A stretch of DNA of 63,361 nucleotides, counting the filler, from Basidiobolus ranarum (Eukaryota), in assembly GCA_040143965.1 (NCBI GenBank). It is 35 parts of 35 records of this genome, joined end to end, with 100 filler letters (N's around TTAATTAATTAA, not from the genome) between each part and the next. Parts side by side here need not be neighbours in the genome. Positions count along the whole stretch, not along the records: positions 50,812 to 52,519 come from JASJQH010011385.1; positions 52,620 to 54,327 come from JASJQH010011386.1; positions 54,428 to 56,135 come from JASJQH010011387.1; positions 56,236 to 57,942 come from JASJQH010011388.1; positions 58,043 to 59,749 come from JASJQH010011389.1; positions 59,850 to 61,555 come from JASJQH010011390.1; positions 61,656 to 63,361 come from JASJQH010011391.1; 28 more parts are not named here. One strand, given 5' to 3'. The position numbers and the translations under genes are program-made. Positions within the stretch are counted from its first letter, which is position 1, and the number at the start of each line of letters is the position of its first letter. The notes below the pieces were generated by a model. That model was given only the letters and a program-made list of their open reading frames with translations. It searched no databases and was not told where the DNA came from. Positions 52,075 to 63,361 of this stretch are shown here, piece by piece.

Positions 52075-52485
52075 TACTATTAAATATTGGGTAATACTGT
52101 TGAAATATATTGTGAGCTTGTTGGAAGTGATTTGGAGAACTATAAGAATTGGTGGTTTTCACTTATTAAGTATTCAGTTGACATTTATAGTTTTGTTAAG
52201 ATGTAAACAAAGTAACATGTAGAATGTGTTAAGTGTTGAAATTAGCATTGCCTAAATATCTTTATAGTCATATATGTTGAAATTAGCATTGCCTAAACAC
52301 CAATATAGTCATATATAGCTTAGTACTTGGTTATCTTATATTTCACTAAGATATTATCCATTATTCTCATGAGGAATTTACTTAGAATATTGAAACCAAC
52401 TTAGAAGTTCTCAGATATATAGATTTTTCAAAGAAACCCCAAACTTTGCACACATGCTCCTGGGACCTTTCTTAATACATTCTGT
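52075..52485. repeat. Cluster of LTR-A fragments in both orientations
   Basis: Inverted 3' end then two TGTTGAAATTAGCATTGCC starts (52234, 52275). Confidence 0.8.
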
Positions 52486-53094
52486 TGGATAATTAATCTT
52501 TATTCAACATCATAGTTAANNNNNNNNNNNNNNNNNNNNNNNNNNNNNNNNNNNNNNNNNNNNTTAATTAATTAANNNNNNNNNNNNNNNNNNNNNNNNN
52601 NNNNNNNNNNNNNNNNNNNGGTACTATTGGTGTTACGAAGTGCGTAAAATATTATCAACACACTAACGCCTGACATGACACGACGTCCTCTCAGAATGAA
52701 CCCAACATGCTGAACCAGGTTCCTCTTTGCGAATGTGCTGATATACATTTAATATAATATTCTTAGTAGTTCACAACTTGTGAATATTGGGCTTTTGTGG
52801 TTCTGGATCTAATCTTACATGTGTAGGTATCCATCTCTTCTTGGAAATGTCGATAGCAATATATTACTTCATCGACTCAAGTATAACTGATTTAGATATC
52901 AGTACATCGTCGAAGTACACCACTAATTGGCGACTTTAGTATGCAAAATTTAGTAAAAAATCACTTATTACATTCAAGTATTGTTAACCTTGTATTAGTC
53001 TTTCAACTGAACACTGTATCAGACATAGCAATAGCTTTTTATTATAACATGCTCATTACACACTGGGTCAATACAACAAAACTGAAACGAAAAA

Positions 53095-53592
53095 TTAAGC
53101 ACCAAAGACTTGAGTCCAGTAGTGTCTATTGGCAACATAACCAGATCCAAAGGAGGTGAATTGTGAATTGAGAATATTTCGTCGATGTCCAGCAGAATTC
53201 ATCCAACCTTCCATGACAGTCTCGATACTAGTATACCCCTGAGCTACGTTTTCTCCGATAGATCTCCATTTGAAACCAGTTTCAGTCACTCGGGTACTCA
53301 AAGGTCTTCCAGGTTCGTCGTGGGTCATTTGGCCTACACGAGCTTGATAATCAGTATGCTTTTGAGCTGCTTGTACCAAACGATTGTCCAGTTTGAGTGG
53401 TTTTACTCCATTTTGTTGACGCTGCTGGTTAACTAGAGTGAGCATCTTTTGAAGATCTCCGTTGTCTGATAGAGAAGTCTTCACTTTCTTTTGGCGTCTG
53501 TTAACATAACTGACATCTTGGGAACCAGCAATAACTAGTATCACTTGAGAAAGTACAAAGGTTAAACAAATTATGATTGACCAGCTTTTCAT
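53095..53592 (-). CDS. Secreted CAP/SCP (PR-1-like) protein, bacterial YkwD-like type
   Basis: Signal peptide; LVNQQR..L..D.RL..AAQKH, THD, GENVAQG, WMNSAGHRRNIL, YWTQVF; intronless. Confidence 0.92.
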   Translation of the reverse strand: MKSWSIIICLTFVLSQVILVIAGSQDVSYVNRRQKKVKTSLSDNGDLQKMLTLVNQQRQQNGVKPLKLDNRLVQAAQKHTDYQARVGQMTHDEPGRPLSTRVTETGFKWRSIGENVAQGYTSIETVMEGWMNSAGHRRNILNSQFTSFGSGYVANRHYWTQVFGA

Positions 53593-54217
53593 ATTGCTTA
53601 GTAGAACTGATTAGGAATGGTTGGTTTACTTGGGTGGTTTACTGGATTGTTGAAGTGCCCTTTCATCGTTTTATATAGTTTACGGCTTCACCTTGCTCTT
53701 GTGCACAAATGAATTCGTGAATCGGTTGCTTTCCTAATAACGATTTCGTTCATGCTGCTACTTTTCAAAATCATGGTCATACTGGATACTACACCTTACA
53801 TAACTAGAACTCTTTCTGGATACTACACCAAGAATGGTCAGAATATCTCCTAACTTTTCTGTATATAGAAGTGCAGGGAATGAAATCGTAAACAATGTAT
53901 GAAAAGTATATTTCGTAAACTTATTAGTCTACAACTGTATCTACAAATCATAACGCTCATTGATACCAACACCAACCCTACACCCAAAAGCAATCATCTA
54001 AAGATATTGTTAATCAATTAATGCGACTAATGGGCTGCATAACTAAATCCGTGTACTAGTCTATATTTGTGATGTTAGTGTGTGGCAACCCGGGTCACTC
54101 TAGATATGCATTTGCTGACAAAGTGCGCATGAATGGTTGCAAGTATGGATGCCGTGTTCTATTCAGAAATGGCAATACAGTTCGAAATTACCACGTATAG
54201 AATTTGCCCTTCTCATT

Positions 54218-54327
54218 TTGATGGTTATTGTTATAGCGTTTGATGGTTATTGTTATAGCGTTTGATGGTTATTGTTATAGCGTTTGATGGTTATTGTTAT
54301 AGCGTTTGATGGTTATTGTTATAGCGT
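54218..54327 (+). repeat. Perfect 22-bp tandem repeat x5 at contig end
   Basis: TTGATGGTTATTGTTATAGCGT repeated five times without mismatch up to the gap. Confidence 0.95.
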
Positions 54328-54542
54328 NNNNNNNNNNNNNNNNNNNNNNNNNNNNNNNNNNNNNNNNNNNNTTAATTAATTAANNNNNNNNNNNNNNNNN
54401 NNNNNNNNNNNNNNNNNNNNNNNNNNNATAGTTTCTTGCTTGAAATAACTTATATTTATATATAAACTCTTGGCTTATATATAAGTTTGTATAAGTTCTG
54501 ATCCTTTTCTCCCAAAGCAAAATTATTCTCACTTTGATAGTG

Positions 54543-56135
54543 CCCTAACAGAAATTGGAGGATTGTTATTGTACAAAAACCATCACAATTTTAATCCATT
54601 TGGGATTGACCATTTACTTACTGTCATAAAATCATCAAGTTAGAGTTGATTTTAATCAATTTTTTCAGTTTCAGGAGTGATATTTCAAGATCTTGCAAAA
54701 TAGTTGCACATAATTGACTACAATCTCAGAGAACTATGGATCAATGCTTGTGCAAAAAACAAAACTCAAATTTTACTCATTTACCACTTGAATGCTAATT
54801 TGTCACCTTCAAAATCCCTAGTTTCTGTGATCCATTCTCTGCAATATTCTTATGGAGTACTTCATACCCAAGTTTTAGCTCATATCCAACACAAGTTTGT
54901 ATCAATATCTCCATCAAAACCCACCATTGTATGAATGATGCTGATTCAGCATTCTTCCAGCTATCTGTGAGATACCCTGCAATATTGTGCCACTCTGTAT
55001 CAAGATCTTGCCAGATGTCTTCATGGTCGACACTAGACTGAATGTCAAGTTGAATGATCTTCTTCTGAAGTCACTTTCTGCATACTTACACTGCATTTTT
55101 CCCTTCATACTTTTGAAAATACTCCTCAAGTACTTTCACTATGTTCATACATTCTTGTAGTGTGATGCTACTGAGGGTGCTTTGCAGTGTTTATGTGGTT
55201 TTTTGCTTGCCTCTAACTTTCGGGCTAATTTCAACACTTTGGAAAGTACCAGGTGAGGTTGGAGAGCAGTGAGTTTCATTTGCTGGTGTTTTGGCCTGTT
55301 CAGAAGTGTCAGGTGTTGGATAAACTTCCAAACTTAGCACTCTTCCAACTGGTGTACCCAGTTCCATGGTGAAATTACACTTTTTTGCAGGTATATCTGA
55401 CTCTGGAAATGCAGATATTTGTTATATTTTCAAAAATACTCCTCAAGCACTTTTACTATTTCCATACATCCTTGTAGTGTGACACTACCAAGGGTGCTTT
55501 GTGGGGTTTGTGTGGCTTTTTGCTAGCCTTTGACTTTGCACTAATTTTAACACTTGGAAAAGTACCAGTCAAGGTTGGAGAGCTGTGAGTCTTTTTTGCT
55601 GGTGTTTTGGCTTGTTGAGAGGTGAGTGAGGCCAGGTAGTTGATAAACTTCCAAATTTAGCACTCATCCAACTGGTATACCTGATTCAATGGTGAAATTA
55701 AGCTTTTTTGCCAGTTTAACTGACTCTGGAAATGCAGATCTTTGTAAAGGTTTTAAGAATTTGGTAAGTGGAATAATAGAGCCTAAACTCACTGGCTTCA
55801 TTGCTTTTCCTTGGGTTTACTAACTTCCTGCTCCTTGAGTACTTCTTTAGAGGCTTTTCTTTCTTTTCCAAGTCAATAATTGAGTACATTGTTGAGATAT
55901 TTCATGAATAGGCCTGTACTAGCCCATTTGCCATATGCATGCAAAACCCCAGGATAAGCCACATGAAACAAGTAAAGAACCTTCAGAGTAATGCCTGGAT
56001 TTTGGTTTTTCCACAGTTGGCTCAAATCCAGGTGATTTTGGGCATGATTCCACACAGTTGCCAAAATGTTAAACCACCAATCATCAGAGCAAGTGATGGC
56101 AGCTCTGCCATTCCTAGTCTTTTGGTTTGCGGGTT
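54543..56135 (-). mobile_element. CACTA accessory-ORF 3' half through terminus (CCCTAACAGAAAT at 54543)
   Basis: Links the W..Q..YP..GxW domain (55873-56135) to the subterminal repeat; approx. 315-bp tandem duplication 55112-55420 / 55428-55740. Confidence 0.8.
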
Positions 56136-56672
56136 NNNNNNNNNNNNNNNNNNNNNNNNNNNNNNNNNNNNNNNNNNNNTTAATTAATTAANNNNNNNNN
56201 NNNNNNNNNNNNNNNNNNNNNNNNNNNNNNNNNNNCTTCAATGTATAAAGAGTGATCTTGTAATCACTCACCTAGATAATAAATTTCTAATGAATTTTAG
56301 GGTTAAAATAACAACTAAATTCTTGGATTATCTAGTAAAGACAAATTCCCTAAGTAACAAAATAATATATCCATGATACTAATATTCTTCAATTCCAATA
56401 ATTGCATAAGGGCTGATTTATAATTCCACAAAACCAGTAAAAATCAATTTGACAATCCCAAAGGCTTGTAATTAATCTTAAATATGTCGGGCATTTCCCA
56501 ACATATTATTCACTATCACAAGTTGAACACGTCAAAGAAAGTGTTGTAGGTAATATCTAGGTTTAGAGTTCTTCTTGCCACCTAAATTAATTCTCTTGCG
56601 CTACTAACAAGTTTGAAGCTACAACAAAAGTTTTCAACCTTTGCCAGATAGCGTGAAGAAGTTACAAATACG

Positions 56673-57942
56673 TCATTTAGAATAGAGGATTTTTAGCGAC
56701 ATCGTTCTACTACTACTGGTTAATATAAAGCTGATTGAGTAAACACTGGCATTCAGAATTTGGCAATTTCTATAATTTGGTGGGTAAGTTCGAATCACGT
56801 TTTCACTACATCGAAATCTTGGGCCACCTTCTATAGCATCGATGAACGATTGCTTTAGTATGTTCAACCATGGACCCATACGAAGAGAGGTCATGTAGGT
56901 AGCATTGGGTTGTTGTCTCCATAAATAATTATATTTCCAATTACTAGTGGCATACACCAAGTCAGCATCTGATTGGGTCGCACATATCTTCTTGTCGGAT
57001 ATTTTACAAGGTAATGGAAATCCATGGCATTGCCGTGTTCTAAATACATCGAAGTAATGATCGTACCATGAACTCCAATCTGGCATCCCCTTAGTGTCCA
57101 AAATCGCTTCTAGACGATCCTGGAGTGCCTTCAATCGATTCAAATGCTCTTGCCATATGGGAGTGGTTTTGGCTTCTGCAAGTAAACTTTGATACTTGTT
57201 ACAACTGAATCCAGGTTCCACCAGATCAACTTCAGCTGGTTGTTGGTAAATAACCACGTCGGATGGCACAGATGTAGGATAGAGACCGGCAACCAGTCCA
57301 CCTGCTACATCCCTAGTGCGACTGTTTTCACATAAGAAAAGGCTGGGTAATAAGCAAATTTCAAAGATATTTACGTGGAGGTGGAGGTTTGGATGTATAT
57401 CGCCTTGTTATCATAATGATTGGGAAGGAATTCCAACTTTTCCCCGTAAACCTTCCAAATATCCTACATGATAAGGTTAGGAATGTGAAATGAATTTGAA
57501 ATACCTCACTCCCATAACCCATGTCTTACCCGACCAAATTGGATTGCTTGCTTTAATCCTAGCGAGGTAATTTGTCCGCTCTGACAGTTCCCTCTCCAAT
57601 ATCTTGAAAGAAATGGATTGTCTGCGGGATTTGTCACCTCATTCTTAATGCTTGGAATGATCCTAAATTGGTTCTGAACATACAAGTATTGTTCTATATC
57701 ATCGCAGTTCCATTCTACATCTTCGTGTGGTAGAATATTGGCTGGTGCACGTGCAGTATGTCGTATTATAATGGCCACATATTCAAGTGAGGCTTCCTCT
57801 TTCTATGAAGGAGTAGATGTTGTTGGCAAAAGAAGTGAAAAAAATCCATTTTACTTACCGGGACTTCGTAATATTCAGCAATAGTGTGATCACTCTCACA
57901 GTAATTGTAATCAAAGTAGGAGGCAGAGTTGATGAATCCGCT
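56673..57942 (-). CDS. Histidine acid phosphatase (branch 2), 5'-truncated, multi-exon, 3' end uncertain
   Basis: IIIRHTARAP (RHxxRxP), CQSGQITSLGLKQAIQFG, RTRDVAGGL..LYP, WYDHYFDVFRTRQCHGFPLPC. Confidence 0.8.
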
Positions 57943-58042
57943 NNNNNNNNNNNNNNNNNNNNNNNNNNNNNNNNNNNNNNNNNNNNTTAATTAATTAANN
58001 NNNNNNNNNNNNNNNNNNNNNNNNNNNNNNNNNNNNNNNNNN

Positions 58043-59630
58043 TTTTGCTTTGGAGTATAAGGTACAGTAGTTTGTTGCTTAATTCCATGTTTGGAACAAA
58101 AATTAGTAAAGTCTTTTGAGCAGTGCTCTCCACCATTGTCACTTCTTGGAACCCTTATTTTTTGTGCTGATTATTTCCCTACCATTGCTTTGTAGTGCTT
58201 GAACATAGCCAAGACTTCAGATTTAGATTTGACAAAGAATACCTAAGTATATCTTGTTTTTTCATCAATAAAGGTCAGAAAGAACCTTTCCCCACATAGT
58301 GAGATGTTATTTATGGGCACACATAGGTCAGAATGAGTCAGGGCAAAATTCTGAGTGGATTTGATCTCTCCAGAGCTGGAAACAGCTGTGTGTAATGTCT
58401 TCTATATATGCAACCTTCACACAGCTCTAATTTAGTGATATTTCCAATTTCTAAATCTGAAACATACTGATTTTGGATCATTTAGGTCAGTTTTTGTTCC
58501 CCAATGTGGCCTAATCTTATGTGCCATGTTTGACAGCAGATTTCACCGGGTTTTTAGCCAAGTTTGCATGCTCAGAATGCAATTTGATGATAGCTAGCTC
58601 ATATAAGTTTTGAGTTTTGATCCCAGTGGCTAATTTGTTATTATGCTGATTGGTGCTAGTGCACTCAGCCTTACTAAACATGAAATTTAGTCCTTGAGTT
58701 GTTGCTTGGCTTACTGAGAGTAGATTCTTGGCTCTCTTTGCTGCATAGAGTACATCATCCAATTTTGCCAATGTTGTGGCTGAGTTTTGGTCTAAATTTG
58801 GTACAACTGTTCCTTTACCAACTGCATCTAGTGCATAGTCATCACCTAGGCAGACTTTCCTTGTTTGTATTGGATGGGTGTCAAGCTGAAACACCAATCT
58901 TTCCTGTTTGACATATGCTGGGAAGCTCCTGAATCAATTTACCACAATTCTGAGTCTTCTATAGTGGTTACTGTTTGGCAGATGCACATTGATGATCCCT
59001 ATCAGTGCTTACTTGATTTGGTTATTCTGATTTAAGCTTTTTGGCAAAAATCCTTTTTCTGCAATTATTCATAATACGGCCTGGTTTCTTGCAATACTTG
59101 CAGATGATTGATTTCCCATCAGAGGCACTTTTATTGAAACCTGATGGACATCTTACAGCTCCAAAAAATGCCTGTTCTGCATTATTTTGCTGAGAATTAG
59201 ATCTCCTTATTTGCTCATTCAAGAGCCTAGAACCAGCATATTCCATTTTTAATGGCCCTGATCTTGTTTCTAAGGCAATTATGAGGTTCACAAACTCATC
59301 TGACAGGCTCTCAAGTAGTGTCATGACTAGGTCATCTTCACTTAGAGGGGCTCCAATGGATGAGAGCTGATCTGGCATAGTTTTTACCTGCTGTATATGT
59401 TTAGCCATCAAATCATAAAAGTTCTTCTGCATTGAGAATAATTTTCACCTAAGATATAGCCTATTAGCCAGATTTTTAGTCTCATATAGTCCCTCAAGTG
59501 TTTCCCAAGCATTTTGATCATGTTTGGATGACTTTATGTGCCACAATTGAGAGTTTCTGAGATGTAGAGAAATTGTAGCAAGTGCTTTCCTCTGTTTCTT
59601 GTGACAGGCAAGGATAGCTTCTGGTGGTCC
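58043..59630 (-). mobile_element. Copia gag-protease-integrase remnant
   Basis: LSEDDLVMTLLESL, CKYCKKPG, DSGASQH, HSDLCVP, SDNGGEH, TTVPYTPKQ; paralogue of 49150-50110. Confidence 0.92.
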
Positions 59631-59631
59631 C

Positions 59632-59749
59632 TGTTGAGATTAGGTAAATAGCAACTCATTATTTAGTAGTTAGTTTATTCATATTCTGATTATTTAGCAC
59701 TCAATTCTGTTATTCAAAAACGTGTGTTTATTGCTCTAATTGATAGAAA
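59632..59749 (+). repeat. LTR-B 5' part
   Basis: TGTTGAGATTAGGTAAATAGCAACTC, matches 18046-18092. Confidence 0.78.
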
Positions 59750-59849
59750 NNNNNNNNNNNNNNNNNNNNNNNNNNNNNNNNNNNNNNNNNNNNTTAATTA
59801 ATTAANNNNNNNNNNNNNNNNNNNNNNNNNNNNNNNNNNNNNNNNNNNN

Positions 59850-60984
59850 AGCAAGTTGACATTTATAGTCTTGTCAAGATGTAAGCAGACTAACATATAG
59901 AATGTGTTAAGGAAGGTCCCAGGAGCATGTGTGCAAAGTTTGGGGCTTCTAGCATAAGCTTGAAAATCTATATATCTGTGAACTTCTAAGTTGGTGTCAA
60001 TATTCTAAGTAAATTCCTTATGAGAATAATAGATAATATCTTAGTGAATTATAAGATAACTAAGTACTAAGCTACATATGACTATATAGGTGTTTAGGCA
60101 ATGCTAATTTTGGCACAAAATAGGCAATAAGGTTAAGAAAACTCTTAACAGATTTAGGTTATTCTCAAAATTTGCCAACTACAATATTTCAAGATAACCA
60201 AAGTTATATCAAATTGGCTAAAAATCCCATGTTTCATAATAGAAGCAAATATATAGATATTAGACCTCACTTCATTAGAGAGACTATAGAGAATAAGTTT
60301 ATTAACTTAACTTATTGCTCTACTGAAGACATAATTGCCGATATAGTATTTAAATCATTAGCCAGACAGAAACTTGAGAAATTTAGACCTTCCTGAGGAT
60401 TAGTTTATATGACTATGTAGTTGAGGCAGAGTGTTGAAATTAGCTTTACCTAAACACCTATATAGTTATATATAGCTTAGTACTTAGCTAACTTATAAAT
60501 CACTAAGATATTTTCCATTATTCTCAACCAGATTTTACTTCCAATTTCTTACCAACTTAGAAGTTCTCAGATAAATAGATTTTTCAAACTTGTGCTAGAA
60601 GCCCCAAACTTGGCACACATGTTTCTGGGACCTTTCTTAAAGCATTCTACATGTTAGCTTGCTTATCTCTTGACAAAACTATAAGTGTCAACTTTCTACT
60701 CAATCAATCAATAAGTGAAAACCCCCAATTTCCCCAATTTCCCTAAATTTTCCAAACCACTTCCAACAGGCTCCTAAATAATTTAACATTAACAAGTATG
60801 TCTTATTACCCCAACTTGTCTAATATATCTCATTACACAAACTCCTGAATATCTTAAACAATTGATTTACTTTTCTACTATAAAAGTCACCATATGCCCT
60901 TAAGAATAAAGTAACCAAAAAACACTATCATAAGTTGCCACTAATGTACAAAGTCTATCCCCATTATGTCAAGATCCTCCAACA
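59850..60984. mobile_element. Nest: inverted LTR-A, Copia RNase H end (60118-60396), PPT, LTR-A (60432-60788), inverted LTR-E (60790-60984)
   Basis: PTTIFQDNQSYIKLAKNPMFHNRSKYIDIRPHF..IADI, then GTTGAGGCAGAG-TGTTGAAATTAGC. Confidence 0.88.
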
Positions 60985-61655
60985 TAATAGCAAAAACTGC
61001 AATGTCATAAGTAGGAGTATCTTTTATACTGTACTTGGAGATATATCTAGTAACTTATGATTATATTTTAACATATTTTTTAGCCCAAAACTGATGCATT
61101 ATCTGCACTAATTATAAAAGCAGGCAATATCACAAAGAGTGCTATAGTGTATTTGCTGGGCACATAACTGCCAATATAATAGTATTATGATGGGGATATG
61201 CAAGATAACTCAAAGCAATTGAGACCAAAGATACTGCTCACACCACTGATACTAGTCTTGATATTGCTCTATATTAATATTTTCAATAATGAGACTGAAA
61301 TTTTAGATTTAGCAAACCTCATAATACAAATATATCCTTCTGAAGTAGAAAAACAATTCCTCTACACTGCAAAATCTTCCTGCGGAATATTCTAAAAATA
61401 CCCTTTATTCACTTCATTTAAACAACATGATACATAACTTGTGCTATATTAGTCCTGAAGGAGTACAAACTGTAAATATAGAGTTTATAATTAATTGTAG
61501 AAATCGGCAGATGACGATTATATTCAAATGGGATTGGGAGAGTTTATAAGATAGGNNNNNNNNNNNNNNNNNNNNNNNNNNNNNNNNNNNNNNNNNNNNT
61601 TAATTAATTAANNNNNNNNNNNNNNNNNNNNNNNNNNNNNNNNNNNNNNNNNNNN

Positions 61656-61944
61656 TCAAAGTTAACTTTAGTTATGATACATATATCAGAAACAGAAAGC
61701 AACATATCTATAGCCCCTATATTCTAAATAGGAATATCTCTATATCTATATAGCAAGTATGTCTTACAACCCCCACTTATCTACTATATCTTATTAAACA
61801 AACTGCTGAATATTTCAAACAATTTATTTACTTTTCTAGTATATAATTCACCATATACTCTTAAGAATAAAGTAACTCAAAGCACTATTGTAAGTTGCTT
61901 CTAATACACAGTGTCTAACACCATTATGTCAAGATCCTCCAGCA
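61656..61944 (-). repeat. LTR-like family E
   Basis: Reverse complement of 43187-43472. Confidence 0.78.
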
Positions 61945-62569
61945 AGATCCATGGTCCTCATTGAATGTTAAATAGTCCACTTGACAGCTACAATTTGACC
62001 AGATCAATAATTTTGAAGATGCTGGCTTGTAACTTTCACAAAATAAATAATATCCCAACCAGCATATATATCAAACTACCATTCATTCATTGATAAAGAA
62101 ATTTCTGACTTTCATATAAATCCAAAAACACCTAATCTGAACCATTTTTGATTGAGTAGAGATTTCTCTACATCAGTATAGATACTTAGATCCATTGTAC
62201 AATCTTAAGCATCTTAAATATGATTAAGATATTCTTAGATGGCTTTAAACATATTGTATTGTTAGCTCCATCAACTTTAATTCAGATTTCATGAAATTAT
62301 GTCAGTTCACCACAAGCTGTCATATTGCCCTATGAAAATTGATTTCAGATAATATAGATTGGGTCTTGATCAAATAGGCTGAAAGACATCAGAGAATCAG
62401 AAAGTTACCTTCAACTTGAATTTTGCCTGCTTTTGTGAAGATTACTTAATGGTATTCTCATAGGTTTCCTGTGATATTTTTTGAAGAAAATTTATTGACA
62501 GCTACTTGATTCCATTTCCACACACCTAATACTACATTCTGCATATTCCTAGCAATAAATTTGGGAGAG

Positions 62570-63200
62570 TGTTGAAATTAGCATTGCCTAAACACCTATA
62601 TAGTCATAAATAGCTTAGTACTTTGTTATCTTATAATTCACAAAGGTATTCTCTATTATTCTCATTTGGAATTTACTTAATATATTTTTACCAACTTAGA
62701 AGTTCTCAGATATATAGCTTTTTTGAACTTGTGCTAGAAGCCCCAAACCTTGCACATGTGTTCCTGGGCACTTTCTTAACACACTCTACATGTTAGTTTG
62801 TTTACATCTTAACAAATTAATAGATACCAACTTTTATCAGAATAAATCAATATGTGAAAACCACCAATTTCCTCTAATTCTCCAAACCACTTCCAACAGG
62901 CTCCCAAATACTTTAACAGGTTATGAACCCCAAGCTTGCACTCTCTGTAATGTCTACTTCTGAGATTTTTGAACTTTTCCCTCTTCTGAAAAATTGGACG
63001 AAACCAATGATCAAGTGTGGAAATTTAAAATCAAAATGCTGCGGCAAGACAACAGACTTTAGAACACTGTTGTAGGCAAAGAAAAAAATGCAAAAGTATC
63101 TGAAACCCAAGTTTTACTCCAGGTTAAAAAAGAAAAAAGTGCCTTGAACATGATTTGTCTTAATGTTAAAGACAAATTGCTACTTTAATGTTCAAGAGCT
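62570..63200 (+). mobile_element. Copia family A 5' LTR (62570-62918), PBS (62919-62930), gag start
   Basis: TGTTGAA..TTTAACA-GGTTATGAACCC; gag from ATGTCTACTTC at 62950 colinear with 9618 downward. Confidence 0.88.
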
Positions 63201-63202
63201 GA

Positions 63203-63361
63203 TGAATGATATCTTCAGAGAGTATCTTGACCAATTTGTGGTAATCTACCTTGACAATATCTTGGTCTTCTCAAGCTCTCAAGAAGAACATAATATTCAT
63301 GTTTCCCAAGTCCTATAAAAGTTGAAAACCTCTGGTCTCTATGCTAAACTTGAGATATGTG
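63203..63361 (+). mobile_element. Ty3/Gypsy RT fragment (YLDD region)
   Basis: MNDIFREYLDQFVVIYLDNILVFSSSQEEHNIHVSQVL*KLKTSGLYAKLEIC. Confidence 0.9.

Noticed and set aside
54218..54327. CRISPR array
   Set aside because: No spacers; eukaryotic context.
1722..61655. Regularly spaced TTAATTAATTAA repeat resembling an array
   Set aside because: Artificial linker flanked by N runs; not biological and not CRISPR.
61945..62555. Possible hAT or other transposase relic (also 25900-26950, 60985-61555)
   Set aside because: CpG-poor and TE-like, but no diagnostic motif could be read.
1..63361. Gene cluster or system spanning contigs (e.g. PHO84 plus acid phosphatase plus nucleotidase as a phosphate regulon)
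   Set aside because: Contigs are ordered by length, so co-occurrence is arbitrary.

Overview
This window is not a contiguous locus. It is 35 short contigs (1721 bp falling steadily to 1706 bp, so size-sorted) joined by 34 artificial 100-bp linkers (N44-TTAATTAATTAA-N44, stops in all six frames); adjacency across linkers means nothing. The DNA is AT-rich and eukaryotic with short GT-AG introns and fungal-type genes. An early-diverging fungus (Zoopagomycota/Basidiobolus-like) is my inference. About two thirds of the contigs are decayed, nested transposons: several Ty1/Copia families (LTR families here called A, B, C, E, with a half-tRNA-iMet primer site), Ty3/Gypsy chromovirus pieces, and a two-gene CACTA/EnSpm DNA transposon that can be pieced together from about nine contigs. 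The rest carry host genes or fragments: SDT1-like nucleotidase, PHO84, PDI, RPS3, SPT3, histidine acid phosphatase, alpha/beta hydrolase, a bacterial-type CAP protein and an Aven-like RG protein. Best leads: a Copia LTR whose U3 is replaced by long in-register heat-shock-element arrays, the fungal Aven-like gene, CpG-to-TpG/CpA decay confined to repeats, the CACTA accessory gene, and a perfect 22-bp tandem repeat running off a contig end. No multi-gene system can be claimed from fragments this short. Repeat boundaries were read by eye and may be a few bases off.
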